Counted from the stretch's first letter, positions 48,793-58,492 are shown. The stretch: DNA of 64,000 nt from Bacteroidales bacterium (GCA_012837685.1 DUQS01000042.1:11739-75738); one strand, 5' to 3'. Notes: a model not told the origin generated them from the letters alone. Program-made: numbers and translations.

Positions 48793-50727
48793 TTATTGGA
48801 TAATTATTTTTTTTGTCGTTGTTTTGCTGCCTAACGTGAAGTTGAGCAAATAAACGCCTTGAGGAAGTGTTGTGTTAATTGTTTCATTGTCAGTTGTTAA
48901 AATAGTAGTATAGTAAAAACGTCCCAATAAATCGGTTATTGTCAAGCGACTACCGCATGCGTTCGCAATGGTGAAAGTGCCTTTTGTTGGATTGGGTGCA
49001 ATTGTCAAATTACTTTCAAAGGTTGTTTTGGTGTTCTGGACACCTAAATTGAGACCAACAACTACGGCATCGTGGTCGGAGCAGCGATACATTGTGTCGT
49101 AGAAAGGCGTTTGGTCGTATTCAAAGTAACTAGGTTCGTCGGCATTGATATGGAATACAGCACATCCGCTGACTTGCTGTGTGAGCGATGGATTGCCAAG
49201 TGCATGGTCTAAACATCCGACTTCGGAGTTGTAAGAATAAGAATATTCAGATTCGCCTTGAAAATGTTTCTGTAAATTTGTGTAGTTATAGTTGTAAAAC
49301 ACTTGCAACGGGTCTTCTTTTGTGTAGGCATTGAGGTCGCCCATAATTAAAATATCAGGTTCGTTGTAGTAAGTGGCGCATACATTTACAAAAGAAATGG
49401 TAGAGTTGGCTTCGCGCACTCTGTCGCCGTTGTAGCAACTTTGACCGTCGCCGATATCTACATTGTCGCCCGTTGCACTGCTGCATCCGCTTTTTGCTTT
49501 AAAGTGATTGAGTGAAAAAACAAAGGATTCGTTGTTGGATAATAATTTAAAACATTGCGCTTTTTTACGATTTTGTATACCATCATTGTTGCTGCGAAGT
49601 TCTTTTACCGTAGCAACTTTGTCTTTGCGGTAGATAAAACCCACTTTTGTGTAACTTCCGTAAGTAGTAGTTCCGTCATTTATGTAGGCGTAAACGTCAT
49701 TTCCAACGCTTGCGTTGAGGGCGTTTGTAAGGTATTCTATGGTGTTTTGACCCGTTTGTATCTCCACTAATCCGTATATATCGGCATCAATGGCTAAAAG
49801 CGCTTTTAGAATTTTGCTGTGCTGGCGGTCTGCTTCCGTTTGATTGTTGGGACCGTAGCCTGTGCCAAAATTTTCGCGCAGATAATATTTCAAATTAAAA
49901 CTGCATACTTTCAAATTGTAATTTCCTAAATTTATCGGTTGTACCGGACGAGGATTACCATAGAATGTCATGTTTTCTGCAGTGTAAACTACGTATCCGA
50001 TAGCTATTTGATCGAGTATGGCTACAAAATTGTCGATGCGTTCGCCGGTGCGGCGTGTTCCGTTGGCATTGACAAACGGAATGGGTTGCGGATAAACTAC
50101 CGTGCTGGCATCGTCTAAAATTATTTGGTCGTTATAGTTTGCTGTGCGTAGTGCGTAAAATTCCGCTGAGCCGGGTAAAGTAATTTCTGTAGGAGTTTTC
50201 AAACGTTTGCTTGATAAAGTAAGCTGTCCGTATTGTCGTAAATTACGATTTGACACAACAGTAAGTGTTTGGTCAAATTGCAGCAACATACATTCGTAGC
50301 GTTCTGCGTTGGTTTTAAAATTTTCGTTGAACACAACTTTGGTGGGTGTTATAACATTTCCGTGCGATTTTACAGTGCAATTTGTGATATTGCTGATTTG
50401 TGTGCGTTGGTTGTATTCTGAAACTGTGCCGGTAACTTCCACTTCGTCGCCTTTGGCTACGGTGTAGCTACTACTTCCCAAATAGACAAAAATCCCGCAA
50501 GATGCGCCACTGATACCGCCATTTTTAGATTGCATAAAAAAACCGCCTAATTGATTGTTTTCCATATAAGTGGCAGTTACAATGCCTGTTGTGGTAACCA
50601 CCTGCGAAACAAATGGTGATGTGGACGAAGTTCCTTGAATTTCATAAATTTCTTTCGATACTTGCGCAAACGATAGTAATTCGATTGAACATAGAAAAAT
50701 GATGAGTAAAAATTTGTTGGTTTTCAT
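48793..50727 (-). CDS. ExeM/NucH-type extracellular endonuclease (EEP domain) with T9SS C-terminal sorting domain
   Basis: Signal peptide MKTNKFLLIIFLCSIELLSFAQ. OB-like N-domain (YEIQGTSSTSPFVSQVVTTTGIVT..GFFMQ..GDEVEVTGTVSEYNQRTQI). EEP motifs (LKVCSFNL, YGLVEI, GDLNAY, SDHDAVVV). C-terminal tail IAPNPTKGTFTI...GVYLLNFTL. A TAnnTTTG box at 50748-50755 (minus) supports the ATG at 50727; the longer track ORF to 51009 overlaps the divergent gene. Confidence 0.82.
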   Translation of the reverse strand: MKTNKFLLIIFLCSIELLSFAQVSKEIYEIQGTSSTSPFVSQVVTTTGIVTATYMENNQLGGFFMQSKNGGISGASCGIFVYLGSSSYTVAKGDEVEVTGTVSEYNQRTQISNITNCTVKSHGNVITPTKVVFNENFKTNAERYECMLLQFDQTLTVVSNRNLRQYGQLTLSSKRLKTPTEITLPGSAEFYALRTANYNDQIILDDASTVVYPQPIPFVNANGTRRTGERIDNFVAILDQIAIGYVVYTAENMTFYGNPRPVQPINLGNYNLKVCSFNLKYYLRENFGTGYGPNNQTEADRQHSKILKALLAIDADIYGLVEIQTGQNTIEYLTNALNASVGNDVYAYINDGTTTYGSYTKVGFIYRKDKVATVKELRSNNDGIQNRKKAQCFKLLSNNESFVFSLNHFKAKSGCSSATGDNVDIGDGQSCYNGDRVREANSTISFVNVCATYYNEPDILIMGDLNAYTKEDPLQVFYNYNYTNLQKHFQGESEYSYSYNSEVGCLDHALGNPSLTQQVSGCAVFHINADEPSYFEYDQTPFYDTMYRCSDHDAVVVGLNLGVQNTKTTFESNLTIAPNPTKGTFTIANACGSRLTITDLLGRFYYTTILTTDNETINTTLPQGVYLLNFTLGSKTTTKKIIIQ

Positions 50728-50747
50728 ATTGATATAATATTTGATTG

Positions 50748-50755
50748 CAAAAGTA
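50748..50755 (-). promoter_or_regulatory. -7 box (TACTTTTG on the minus strand) upstream of the secreted nuclease
   Basis: CAAAAGTA on the plus strand, 21 nt upstream of the ATG at 50727. Confidence 0.4.
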
Positions 50756-50796
50756 ATGTTATTTTCAGATAAATCTTTATAAAATTGAATTTTTAG

Positions 50797-50804
50797 TATA
50801 TTTG
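50797..50804 (+). promoter_or_regulatory. -7 box (TATATTTG) upstream of the methyltransferase gene
   Basis: Exact match 11 nt before the ATG at 50815. Divergent from the nuclease promoter. Confidence 0.4.
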
Positions 50805-50814
50805 CAAAACTATT

Positions 50815-51594
50815 ATGAAAAAATTGTTTCAGGCGGTATCTGCCGTAAAATATTGTCTTACAGCGTCTCACCGGAAAGGTTTCGGTGTTCAATCGCCATT
50901 TGTTTTTCACTTGCTCAATCATGTTTTTTTTGAAAAAGGGAAATATTATTGTTACGATAAGATAGAAGCCATTCGAACAAAATTCCTTTCCGATAAAAAA
51001 GTAGTGCAACTTGTTGATTACGGTACGGGAAAATCACGTAGTCGTACGGTTGCCGATATTGCCCGAAAATCTGTTAAATCAAAAAAATATGCACAATTGC
51101 TGTTTCGTTTGGTCAATTTCAATCATTCGCGTACTATTTTGGAATTGGGTACCAGTCTTGGAATTTCAACCATGTATTTGGCTTCGGCGGATTTTGATTC
51201 CAAAGTAATAACGATGGAGGGCGACCCGACTTTGTGCAAAATGGCGCGCAAAACGTTCAAAGACAATGGTTTTCACAATATCAACGTAATTAACGGTAAC
51301 ATTGATTCCATTTTAGCTGAAACGGTAGCGAGTGTAGAAACACTCGATTTTGTATTTTTCGACGCCAACCACACAAAACAGGCGACTTTAAATTATTTTC
51401 AAACATGTTTGCCTAAAATCCATAAAAATAGTATCTTTGTGTTCGATGACATACGTTGGTCAGCCGATATGTGGTCTGCATGGAATACCATAGTGGAACA
51501 TCCGTCGGTGCGTTTGGCTATAGACGTCGGTGGTATGGGTGCAGTTTGGTTCAATACGGATTTGACGAAACAGCAGTATGTCGTAGCGTTTTAA
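50815..51594 (+). CDS. Class I SAM-dependent methyltransferase
   Basis: 259 aa. SAM-binding ILELGTSLGIST, MEGD, FVFFDANH, FVFDDI. Confidence 0.8.
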   Translation: MKKLFQAVSAVKYCLTASHRKGFGVQSPFVFHLLNHVFFEKGKYYCYDKIEAIRTKFLSDKKVVQLVDYGTGKSRSRTVADIARKSVKSKKYAQLLFRLVNFNHSRTILELGTSLGISTMYLASADFDSKVITMEGDPTLCKMARKTFKDNGFHNINVINGNIDSILAETVASVETLDFVFFDANHTKQATLNYFQTCLPKIHKNSIFVFDDIRWSADMWSAWNTIVEHPSVRLAIDVGGMGAVWFNTDLTKQQYVVAF

Positions 51595-51606
51595 CCTTAT
51601 TTAATC

Positions 51607-52149
51607 ATGAAAATTTACACCAAAACAGGCGATACAGGAACTACTATGTTGATAGGTGGTAGCCGTGTTCCTAAAAGCGACCTTCGGATTAAAGCCTACG
51701 GCACAGTCGATGAACTCAATTCTTTTCTTGGACTGCTTCGCTCTAAACTTTCCGACGACGAAAAAGACCTAATTTTGGAAATACAAAATACGTTGTTTGC
51801 AGTTGGTGCTAACTTGGCAACAGACACTGCTAAAAGAAAAATTGATGATTTTGCGCAAATTTCTGAGGCAAAAATTCGATTTTTAGAGGAAAATATTGAC
51901 AAGTTTGATGCACAATTGCCTAAAATTAACAATTTTATTGTATATGGTAACGATGAATTATCTGCACTATGTCATGTGTGTAGAGCTGTAGCTCGTCGCG
52001 CTGAGGTAGAGATTTTAACTGCTGATAAAGAGCATGTTATAGATAAAAATTTGTTAGTTTACATCAATCGTTTGTCCGATTTTTTGTTCGTTTTTGCACG
52101 GGTTTTAGAAGAAAAAAAAGGGAACACCAATTTTTTTTGGCAAAAATGA
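51607..52149 (+). CDS. ATP:cob(I)alamin adenosyltransferase, PduO type
   Basis: MKIYTKTGDTGTT..GSRVPKSDLRIKAYGTVDELNS and CRAVARRAE match the PduO-type N-terminal domain pattern. Confidence 0.88.
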   Translation: MKIYTKTGDTGTTMLIGGSRVPKSDLRIKAYGTVDELNSFLGLLRSKLSDDEKDLILEIQNTLFAVGANLATDTAKRKIDDFAQISEAKIRFLEENIDKFDAQLPKINNFIVYGNDELSALCHVCRAVARRAEVEILTADKEHVIDKNLLVYINRLSDFLFVFARVLEEKKGNTNFFWQK

Positions 52150-52169
52150 TTTTTTTCGTAAAAAAAAAC

Positions 52170-52177
52170 TATCTTTG
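52170..52177 (+). promoter_or_regulatory. -7 box (TATCTTTG) upstream of the DUF2795-like gene
   Basis: Exact match. Implies a leader of about 150 nt before the ATG at 52337. Confidence 0.4.
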
Positions 52178-52336
52178 CCAATTGAAGTATAGTGATTTTG
52201 TTAATTCGGTATTTTGTATAGAATTGAGACAGAATTGTGCGGCCGGATGCTTGTAAGGTTTTACTGTCAATGTATTTAAACTACGGGTAGCGGCGTTTTG
52301 CGATAAAAAGTTATACGATAAATTCATAATAAAAAT

Positions 52337-52558
52337 ATGTATTGGACGTTAGAACTTGCATCAAAATTAGAAGACGCTCCTTGGCCTGCTACCAAAGATG
52401 AGCTGATTGATTATGCAATGCGTTCGGGTGCATCTCTTGAAGTTATTGAAAATTTGCAAGAAATAGAGGATGAGGGCGAAATTTACGAAAGTATGGAAGA
52501 CATTTGGCCTGATTATCCAAGTAAGGAAGATTTTTTCTTTAACGAAGAGGAATATTGA
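52337..52558 (+). CDS. DUF2795-like small acidic protein
   Basis: 73 aa. WPATKDELIDYAMRSGASLEVIENLQEI pattern (DUF2795 assignment from memory), very acidic C-terminus. Own TAnnTTTG box at 52170-52177. Confidence 0.65.
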   Translation: MYWTLELASKLEDAPWPATKDELIDYAMRSGASLEVIENLQEIEDEGEIYESMEDIWPDYPSKEDFFFNEEEY

Positions 52559-52684
52559 ACAGAAGAGTTTTTTCGTTTTGCAAACGAAAGCAATAAAAAA
52601 TGACTTTAACACAATTTTTTCGTGTTTTTCAAGTTCAAAGCATATAAAGGCGTTTATTTATTAACTTGGCTATCGAGATAGATT

Positions 52685-53650
52685 GTGGTGAGATTGAAAA
52701 GTCAATATAAAAAACGATTACTATTAGGATTAATATTTTATATAGGAACGCTAACGACTGTTTTTGCTCAATTGGATGCCCAATTTAGCCAATACATGTT
52801 CAATAAAGCGAATTTAAATCCGGCTGCTGTTGGCGAACAGCAAATGATGCATCTGTTTGCATCGCACCGAATGCAATGGGTAGGAATTAAAAATGCGCCG
52901 CAAACAACGTTGGTTTCGGTCAATGCTCCGTTTAACATAAGAAAAACGAAGCACGGAGCGGGTATCAACTTGATAAATGATAAAGCAGGCATTTTTTCCA
53001 ATTTGCAGGTCGATTTACAGTATGCTTATAAGTTTAAAGTTTGGAATGGTGATTTAAGTGTAGGAGCGAATATCGGTTTCATCAACATCACGTGTTATGG
53101 CGATAGCGCTAAAAACGTAGAAAGCGAATATCATGTAGCTGATGACCCCGCAATTCCCAAAGGCACAAAATCCGGCATAGGTCTCGATTTGGGCTTGGGA
53201 GTTTTCTATTCGGATAAAAATACGCACATGGGCATTTCCCTTTTGCGTATTCCGGCACCTACAATTGAGTTTGATGAAAATGCCGAGTTTGTGACAAAAC
53301 AGTTGTTCACAGTTATGGGAGGCTATAATTTTAAGTTGAAAAACAATTTTCAGTTGAAGCCGGCTATAATGGTGATGTCCGATTTCACAACGTGGCAGAT
53401 GAACGTAAACTTATTGCTGGATTATAAAGAAAAATATTGGGGTGGACTATCGTACCGTATTCAGGATGCGGTTTCCTTTATATTGGGAATAAAAGTGCTG
53501 AATGGATTGTCAATTGGATACGCGTATGATTTGCCTGCATCGAAAATTATTACGGCGAGCCATGGGTCGCACGAATTATTTTTATCTTACGAATTTGGAT
53601 TATCTTTTGGCAAGAAGGACAAAAAATATAAAAGTGTACGAATTCTTTAA
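52685..53650 (+). CDS. porP: Type IX secretion system membrane protein PorP/SprF family
   Basis: Signal peptide, then the hallmark AQLDAQFSQYMFNKANLNPAAVG. Beta-barrel-like, directly upstream of porK. Non-ATG start (GTG 52685/52688 or TTG 52694). Confidence 0.88.
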   Translation: MVRLKSQYKKRLLLGLIFYIGTLTTVFAQLDAQFSQYMFNKANLNPAAVGEQQMMHLFASHRMQWVGIKNAPQTTLVSVNAPFNIRKTKHGAGINLINDKAGIFSNLQVDLQYAYKFKVWNGDLSVGANIGFINITCYGDSAKNVESEYHVADDPAIPKGTKSGIGLDLGLGVFYSDKNTHMGISLLRIPAPTIEFDENAEFVTKQLFTVMGGYNFKLKNNFQLKPAIMVMSDFTTWQMNVNLLLDYKEKYWGGLSYRIQDAVSFILGIKVLNGLSIGYAYDLPASKIITASHGSHELFLSYEFGLSFGKKDKKYKSVRIL

Positions 53651-53660
53651 ATAACTTGAT

Positions 53661-55052
53661 ATGAAGAAATCAGTAATTTTGGTTCTTACGGCAGTTTTAG
53701 TTCTGTCGAGTTGTTCCAAACCGAAAGGATTTTTAGTTGGTGTTTATAGTAAAGCGAAACCGGAAACAACACCGTATGGTATGGTCTTCATACCAAGGGG
53801 ATCTTTTAACATGGGTCCCAACGATCAATCCATTACATGGTCAATGCAGCCAAAACAAAAAACGGTTTCAATTGATGCTTTTTGGATGGATCAAACCGAA
53901 ATAACGAACGGAGAGTATCGCCAATTTGTAAATTGGGTGCGTGACTCCATCGCTCTTACTTTCTTGAGCCGTATGAGCGATGAAACCGAAGCAGCCAAGT
54001 ATTTTACAACCGTTAAAATTTACGGTCAAGAAGAGGAAGATACGATATTGAACTGGAAAGCGAAAATTCCGTGGACTGTAAAATGGAAAGAAGGTGATAA
54101 CATTGCAGAGGAAAAATACGAGGCAATTAACCAAATGTATTTTAATGGACAGGATAGAATAGAAGGGCGTGAGTTGAATACCAGAATCTTGAATTATAGT
54201 TATGAATGGGTTAATTATGACCAAGCAGCGTTGCCTATAAATCAATTCAATCCCTACACGAGTAGCTATCACAAAAATGCACGTGTACGCATTGATAGTT
54301 CGTTTATGCGCAATGGTGCCATTGTGGATACAATTATTGTTAAACCGCTGCGTCATCGTCGCGATCTTGTTTCCAGTCGCATCATCAACATCTATCCCGA
54401 CACGATGTGCTGGATAGCAGAATTTACTTATAGTTTCAATGAACCGGCTATGCAAAACTATTTTGCACATCCGAGTAACAGCGAATATCCTGTAGTTGGC
54501 ATTTCATGGGATCAAGCTCACGCTTTTTGTCATTGGCGTACACAACTATACAAATCGGTACCCAATTTGCCGCGTGCACAGGAATACCGTTTGCCAACAG
54601 AAGCTGAATGGGAATATGCAGCTCGTGGTGGTCGCAATTCTGCACAATATCCTTGGGGAGGCCCTTATGTAAGGGATGCTAGAGGTTGTTTTATGGCTAA
54701 CTTTAAGCCGATGCGCGGTAACTATACTGAAGATGGTTATCTGATTCCTTGCCGTACGGCTTCGTTTGACCCGAACGATTACGGTTTGTTTGATATGGCA
54801 GGCAATGTTTCGGAGTGGACATCAACGACGTATGAAGCTACGGCACACACCTTTACTTTAGATATGAATCCTCACTACGAATATAAATCCAAAAGCGACG
54901 ATCCTGAAATATTGCGCAGAAAAGTTATTCGCGGTGGTTCATGGAAAGATATTGGTGCGTTTTTGCAATGTGGTTACCGAGATTTCGAGTATCAAACCAA
55001 ACGGCGCGCATCCATCGGTTTTCGTTGTGTGAGAAGTTATATAGGAGAATAA
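53661..55052 (+). CDS. porK: T9SS ring lipoprotein PorK/GldK (FGE-sulfatase/SUMF1 fold)
   Basis: Lipobox LSSCS. FWMDQTEITNGEYRQF, RLPTEAEWEYAARGG, GNVSEWT, RGGSW motifs. Operon position. Confidence 0.93.
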   Translation: MKKSVILVLTAVLVLSSCSKPKGFLVGVYSKAKPETTPYGMVFIPRGSFNMGPNDQSITWSMQPKQKTVSIDAFWMDQTEITNGEYRQFVNWVRDSIALTFLSRMSDETEAAKYFTTVKIYGQEEEDTILNWKAKIPWTVKWKEGDNIAEEKYEAINQMYFNGQDRIEGRELNTRILNYSYEWVNYDQAALPINQFNPYTSSYHKNARVRIDSSFMRNGAIVDTIIVKPLRHRRDLVSSRIINIYPDTMCWIAEFTYSFNEPAMQNYFAHPSNSEYPVVGISWDQAHAFCHWRTQLYKSVPNLPRAQEYRLPTEAEWEYAARGGRNSAQYPWGGPYVRDARGCFMANFKPMRGNYTEDGYLIPCRTASFDPNDYGLFDMAGNVSEWTSTTYEATAHTFTLDMNPHYEYKSKSDDPEILRRKVIRGGSWKDIGAFLQCGYRDFEYQTKRRASIGFRCVRSYIGE

Positions 55053-55082
55053 CCAAATTTTTAAATTATAAAATTCAAATCC

Positions 55083-55949
55083 ATGGCTAAAAAAGAAAAA
55101 AATGCCTTCATGATCTGGTATCATAGTTATCAAGGCAGAAAAGTTGTAGGTAGCGTTTATTCCTTAGGTGCATCTCTTGTTATTTTAGGTGCATTGTTTA
55201 AAATTTTACACTTGCCGGGTGCGAGCCAAATGCTTATGTTAGGTATGTGTACCGAGTCATTGTTATTTGCAATCGGTGTATTAGACGAGCCGTTTGAAGA
55301 TGTAAAGTGGAGTAATATATTCCCTTCATTGGTGGGCGAAAAGAAAGATCCTTTGATAAATTATATTGGGGGAGGTAGCGTCTCCGCTAATCAAGGTATG
55401 ACAGCCCAAGGTGTGAATCCTATTAAAGATGAAGATGTGAAAGCGTTTTCCGAAAGTTTAAAAAGCCTCAGTGAAGCTGCTCAGCAGATGGCTGGTATTT
55501 CTAAAGTGGCTGGACTTACCGATACGTTTGCTCAAAATATAACGTCAGCTTCTCAAGCAGCTGCACAATTCGCTACAAAACAACAAAATCTTGATGCTGC
55601 TTCAGATGCTTTATTAGCCTCCTACACTGGTATTACCGAAAACATGGCAACGGTTCAAGCAAATACGAAACTATACGTTGAAAAAGCTGATACCATTAAT
55701 AAAAATTTGGCGGCTATCAATTCTGTTTATGAAATTCAATTGAAAAACATTCAAAATCAAGCTGAATTAGTAGAAAAACAGACAGCAATAATAAATGTAG
55801 TAGCAGGAGATATTAATAAAGTACAACAAGCGATGGCAGTAAGTGCTGTTGATGTCGAAAAGTATAAAGATGAAACGGCAAAATTGGCTAAGAAAGTGGC
55901 TGATTTGAATGCTATTTATGGCAACATGTTAAGTGCAATCAATAGTTGA
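55083..55949 (+). CDS. porL: T9SS motor protein PorL/GldL
   Basis: 288 aa. Two N-terminal TM helices (GASLVILGALFKILHLPGA; MLGMCTESLLFAIGVLDEP) with a conserved Glu, then a coiled cytoplasmic tail. Between porK and porM. Confidence 0.9.
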   Translation: MAKKEKNAFMIWYHSYQGRKVVGSVYSLGASLVILGALFKILHLPGASQMLMLGMCTESLLFAIGVLDEPFEDVKWSNIFPSLVGEKKDPLINYIGGGSVSANQGMTAQGVNPIKDEDVKAFSESLKSLSEAAQQMAGISKVAGLTDTFAQNITSASQAAAQFATKQQNLDAASDALLASYTGITENMATVQANTKLYVEKADTINKNLAAINSVYEIQLKNIQNQAELVEKQTAIINVVAGDINKVQQAMAVSAVDVEKYKDETAKLAKKVADLNAIYGNMLSAINS

Positions 55950-55981
55950 TTAAGTTGGGTTATTTTTAAATTTTTATTTGA

Positions 55982-57568
55982 ATGAGTGGTGCAAAAAACT
56001 GTCCGGAAACCCCGCGACAAAAAATGATAGGTATGATGTATTTAGTGCTAACAGCTATGTTGGCATTGAATGTTTCTGCCGATATTTTGAATGGTTTTAT
56101 AATGGTGAATAAAAGTTTGTTGGGCAACATCGAAACAGGTCATCGCCAAAAGACAGCATTGTACGATGAGATGCAATACCTTTATGACCAAAATCCGGAT
56201 AAAGTGGGCGAATGGTTGCAAAAATCGAAACTTGTGCAACAAAAAAGTGATAGTCTCCTTGACTTTATACATCAGGTCAAAGCTGATTTGATGATGATGG
56301 CCGATGGCGTACAGATAGATAAGGATACAGTAAATAGACATATACTTCAGAAGAAAGATAATATTGATATTGCCAGTCAATATTTTATTGGAACCAAAGA
56401 TAAGTTAGGAACGGAAAAGGGACGTCAATTCAAAGCCATGTTAGAGGATTATCGTTATTTTGTGGAGCAAATGTTCGATGGTGATTCTATGCGTATTGAT
56501 ACCTACGAAAAACGTTTTTTTACGGGAGAAAGTTTCAATTCGCATGGAACCGAAAAAGTAGCTTGGTTGAATGCTCAATTTGAATCGATGCCCATTATTG
56601 CCGTTACAACACAATTATCTAAGTACGAGGCTGATATTTTGACCACAGAACAGGAATTGATTCAATATTTTAAAGCGCAAACGGATGCCGGCGACTTTCG
56701 TGTCAATAAAATTGAAGCATTTCCGATTCCTGCCACCAAACACGTAATGCAAGGTGGAGTTTACAAAGCACGTATTGCTTTATCGGCAGTTGACTCTACT
56801 AAAGTTCCGGAATATTATATTGGTAATTCGCGTTTGTCAAGTGATACTTACTCCGTAACGTGTAATACATTGGGAACGTTTCAATATTCGGGAAAAATTA
56901 TTTTGAGAGGTAATGATGGCATTCCTCACGAATATCCGTTTAAGGATGAATATACTGTAGGAGCGCCCTCGGCAACCATTGCTAACGAAGATATGAATGT
57001 CGTTTACATGGGTTATCCGAATCGAATCAGCATATCCGTTCCGGGTGTGCCGAACGAAAAATTGCAGATTTCAGCAAATGCTACTATGGAAAAGAGTGGC
57101 AGTGGTTATATTTGCAGACCTAAAAGTTTTGATGATGTTGTTATCAATGTATCAGCCAATATCGAAGGTAGACTAACTTCAATGGGAAGTAATAAGTTCC
57201 GTGTAAGGTCGTTGCCTGACCCTACTGCATTCATGAGTTTCAAGGATGTGAATGGGAACTCTGTGCTTTATTCTCCAAACACGTCTAAACTAAAATTGAC
57301 TAGAGATAACATTATCAATAGTAAAATGACAGCTGAATATGCAGACGGAATGTTACAAGCAACTTTTAGAATCAGTGAATTTACATTATTGATATCTGAC
57401 GGTCGTGGCGGTTTTACTGCTTCGCAGTCTGATGGTAGTAATTTTACAGAAGCCCAAAAAAGACAATTGGCGCGTTTGAAATCGGGTTCTGTTATTTTGA
57501 TAGATAAAATTAGATGTACGGGAGCAAAAACAACAACATTGTCGTTTCCTCCTATTACATTACCATAA
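55982..57568 (+). CDS. porM: T9SS motor/periplasmic shaft protein PorM/GldM
   Basis: 528 aa. Hallmark N-terminus PRQKMIGMMYLVLTAMLALNVS, single TM helix, long periplasmic region. Confidence 0.92.
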   Translation: MSGAKNCPETPRQKMIGMMYLVLTAMLALNVSADILNGFIMVNKSLLGNIETGHRQKTALYDEMQYLYDQNPDKVGEWLQKSKLVQQKSDSLLDFIHQVKADLMMMADGVQIDKDTVNRHILQKKDNIDIASQYFIGTKDKLGTEKGRQFKAMLEDYRYFVEQMFDGDSMRIDTYEKRFFTGESFNSHGTEKVAWLNAQFESMPIIAVTTQLSKYEADILTTEQELIQYFKAQTDAGDFRVNKIEAFPIPATKHVMQGGVYKARIALSAVDSTKVPEYYIGNSRLSSDTYSVTCNTLGTFQYSGKIILRGNDGIPHEYPFKDEYTVGAPSATIANEDMNVVYMGYPNRISISVPGVPNEKLQISANATMEKSGSGYICRPKSFDDVVINVSANIEGRLTSMGSNKFRVRSLPDPTAFMSFKDVNGNSVLYSPNTSKLKLTRDNIINSKMTAEYADGMLQATFRISEFTLLISDGRGGFTASQSDGSNFTEAQKRQLARLKSGSVILIDKIRCTGAKTTTLSFPPITLP

Positions 57569-57579
57569 AACATAAATTT

Positions 57580-58464
57580 ATGAAAACGAGTAATTGCTTT
57601 TTAATTATTATTTTGGGTTTATTGCTGTCAATGCCAGCAAAATCTCAATTCTTTGATAATGAAGTTGATAGTACGAGTCTACTTTTTGATTCCGATGGTA
57701 GTTTTACCAAAGTAACGAATGATGTAGAAGAAATTACTGCCAAAATGGTAAAAGTTAATCCTCGTTTGGATGACGTTATTTGGCGGAAGGCTGTGTTACG
57801 TGTTATCGATTTGCGCGAAAGGCAAAATAACGCTTTGTATTATCCTAAAGAAGACATTGATAGTATGGGGCAAAAGAACCTTTTTTCTATCATGTTTTTA
57901 AAAGTTTTGGAAGGCAAACTAACTGCTTACAAATCGCCAACTAATCCTGAGCAAACATTTGTTCCTCGATTTACCAAAGAAAACATATTCGATGTAGATG
58001 AGTTTATCCAAGCTAACTCATTGGCATCGTGGGAAGATAATTTTGGAAAAATCAACTATGTAACTCCGGGTGTTACTAAATTTTATATTCAGGAAGTATG
58101 GTATTTTAATAAAGCTACGTCAACTTTCCACAACAAAATTTTGTCAATAGCTCCGGTTTATGATGAGCATTACAACCCTCGTTCGGATATGCGTACGGGC
58201 GTGTTTTTCTGGGTGCCTTACGATAATTTACGTCCTTATTTGCAAGAAGAATTTATGAAAATCAATGGACGAAACGTCGCACCATTGGTCAATTATGACG
58301 AATTCTTAATTTCGCGTCAGTTCGACAGTTATATCATTAAAGATTATGATTTGATTAGCCAAGATATTGATAAGAATATAGAAAATCCCGACATTATACG
58401 TCGTGAACAGCAACGTGTAGAGGATGAAATCTTGAATTTCGAGCAAGATTTGTGGCACTATTAA
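57580..58464 (+). CDS. porN: T9SS ring protein PorN/GldN
   Basis: 294 aa from ATG 57580 with signal peptide MKTSNCFLIIILGLLLSMPAKSQ. Directly follows porM. The track ORF (57514) is N-terminally extended into porM. Confidence 0.88.
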   Translation: MKTSNCFLIIILGLLLSMPAKSQFFDNEVDSTSLLFDSDGSFTKVTNDVEEITAKMVKVNPRLDDVIWRKAVLRVIDLRERQNNALYYPKEDIDSMGQKNLFSIMFLKVLEGKLTAYKSPTNPEQTFVPRFTKENIFDVDEFIQANSLASWEDNFGKINYVTPGVTKFYIQEVWYFNKATSTFHNKILSIAPVYDEHYNPRSDMRTGVFFWVPYDNLRPYLQEEFMKINGRNVAPLVNYDEFLISRQFDSYIIKDYDLISQDIDKNIENPDIIRREQQRVEDEILNFEQDLWHY

Positions 58465-58492
58465 TCTATTAATAAATTAAAAGATTTTATTT

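Noticed and set aside
50728-51009. 94-codon N-terminal extension of the nuclease ORF, which would overlap the divergent methyltransferase gene.
   Set aside because: The extension has no signal peptide. It runs through both divergent promoter boxes and the methyltransferase start. The internal Met at 50727 is followed by a textbook signal peptide.
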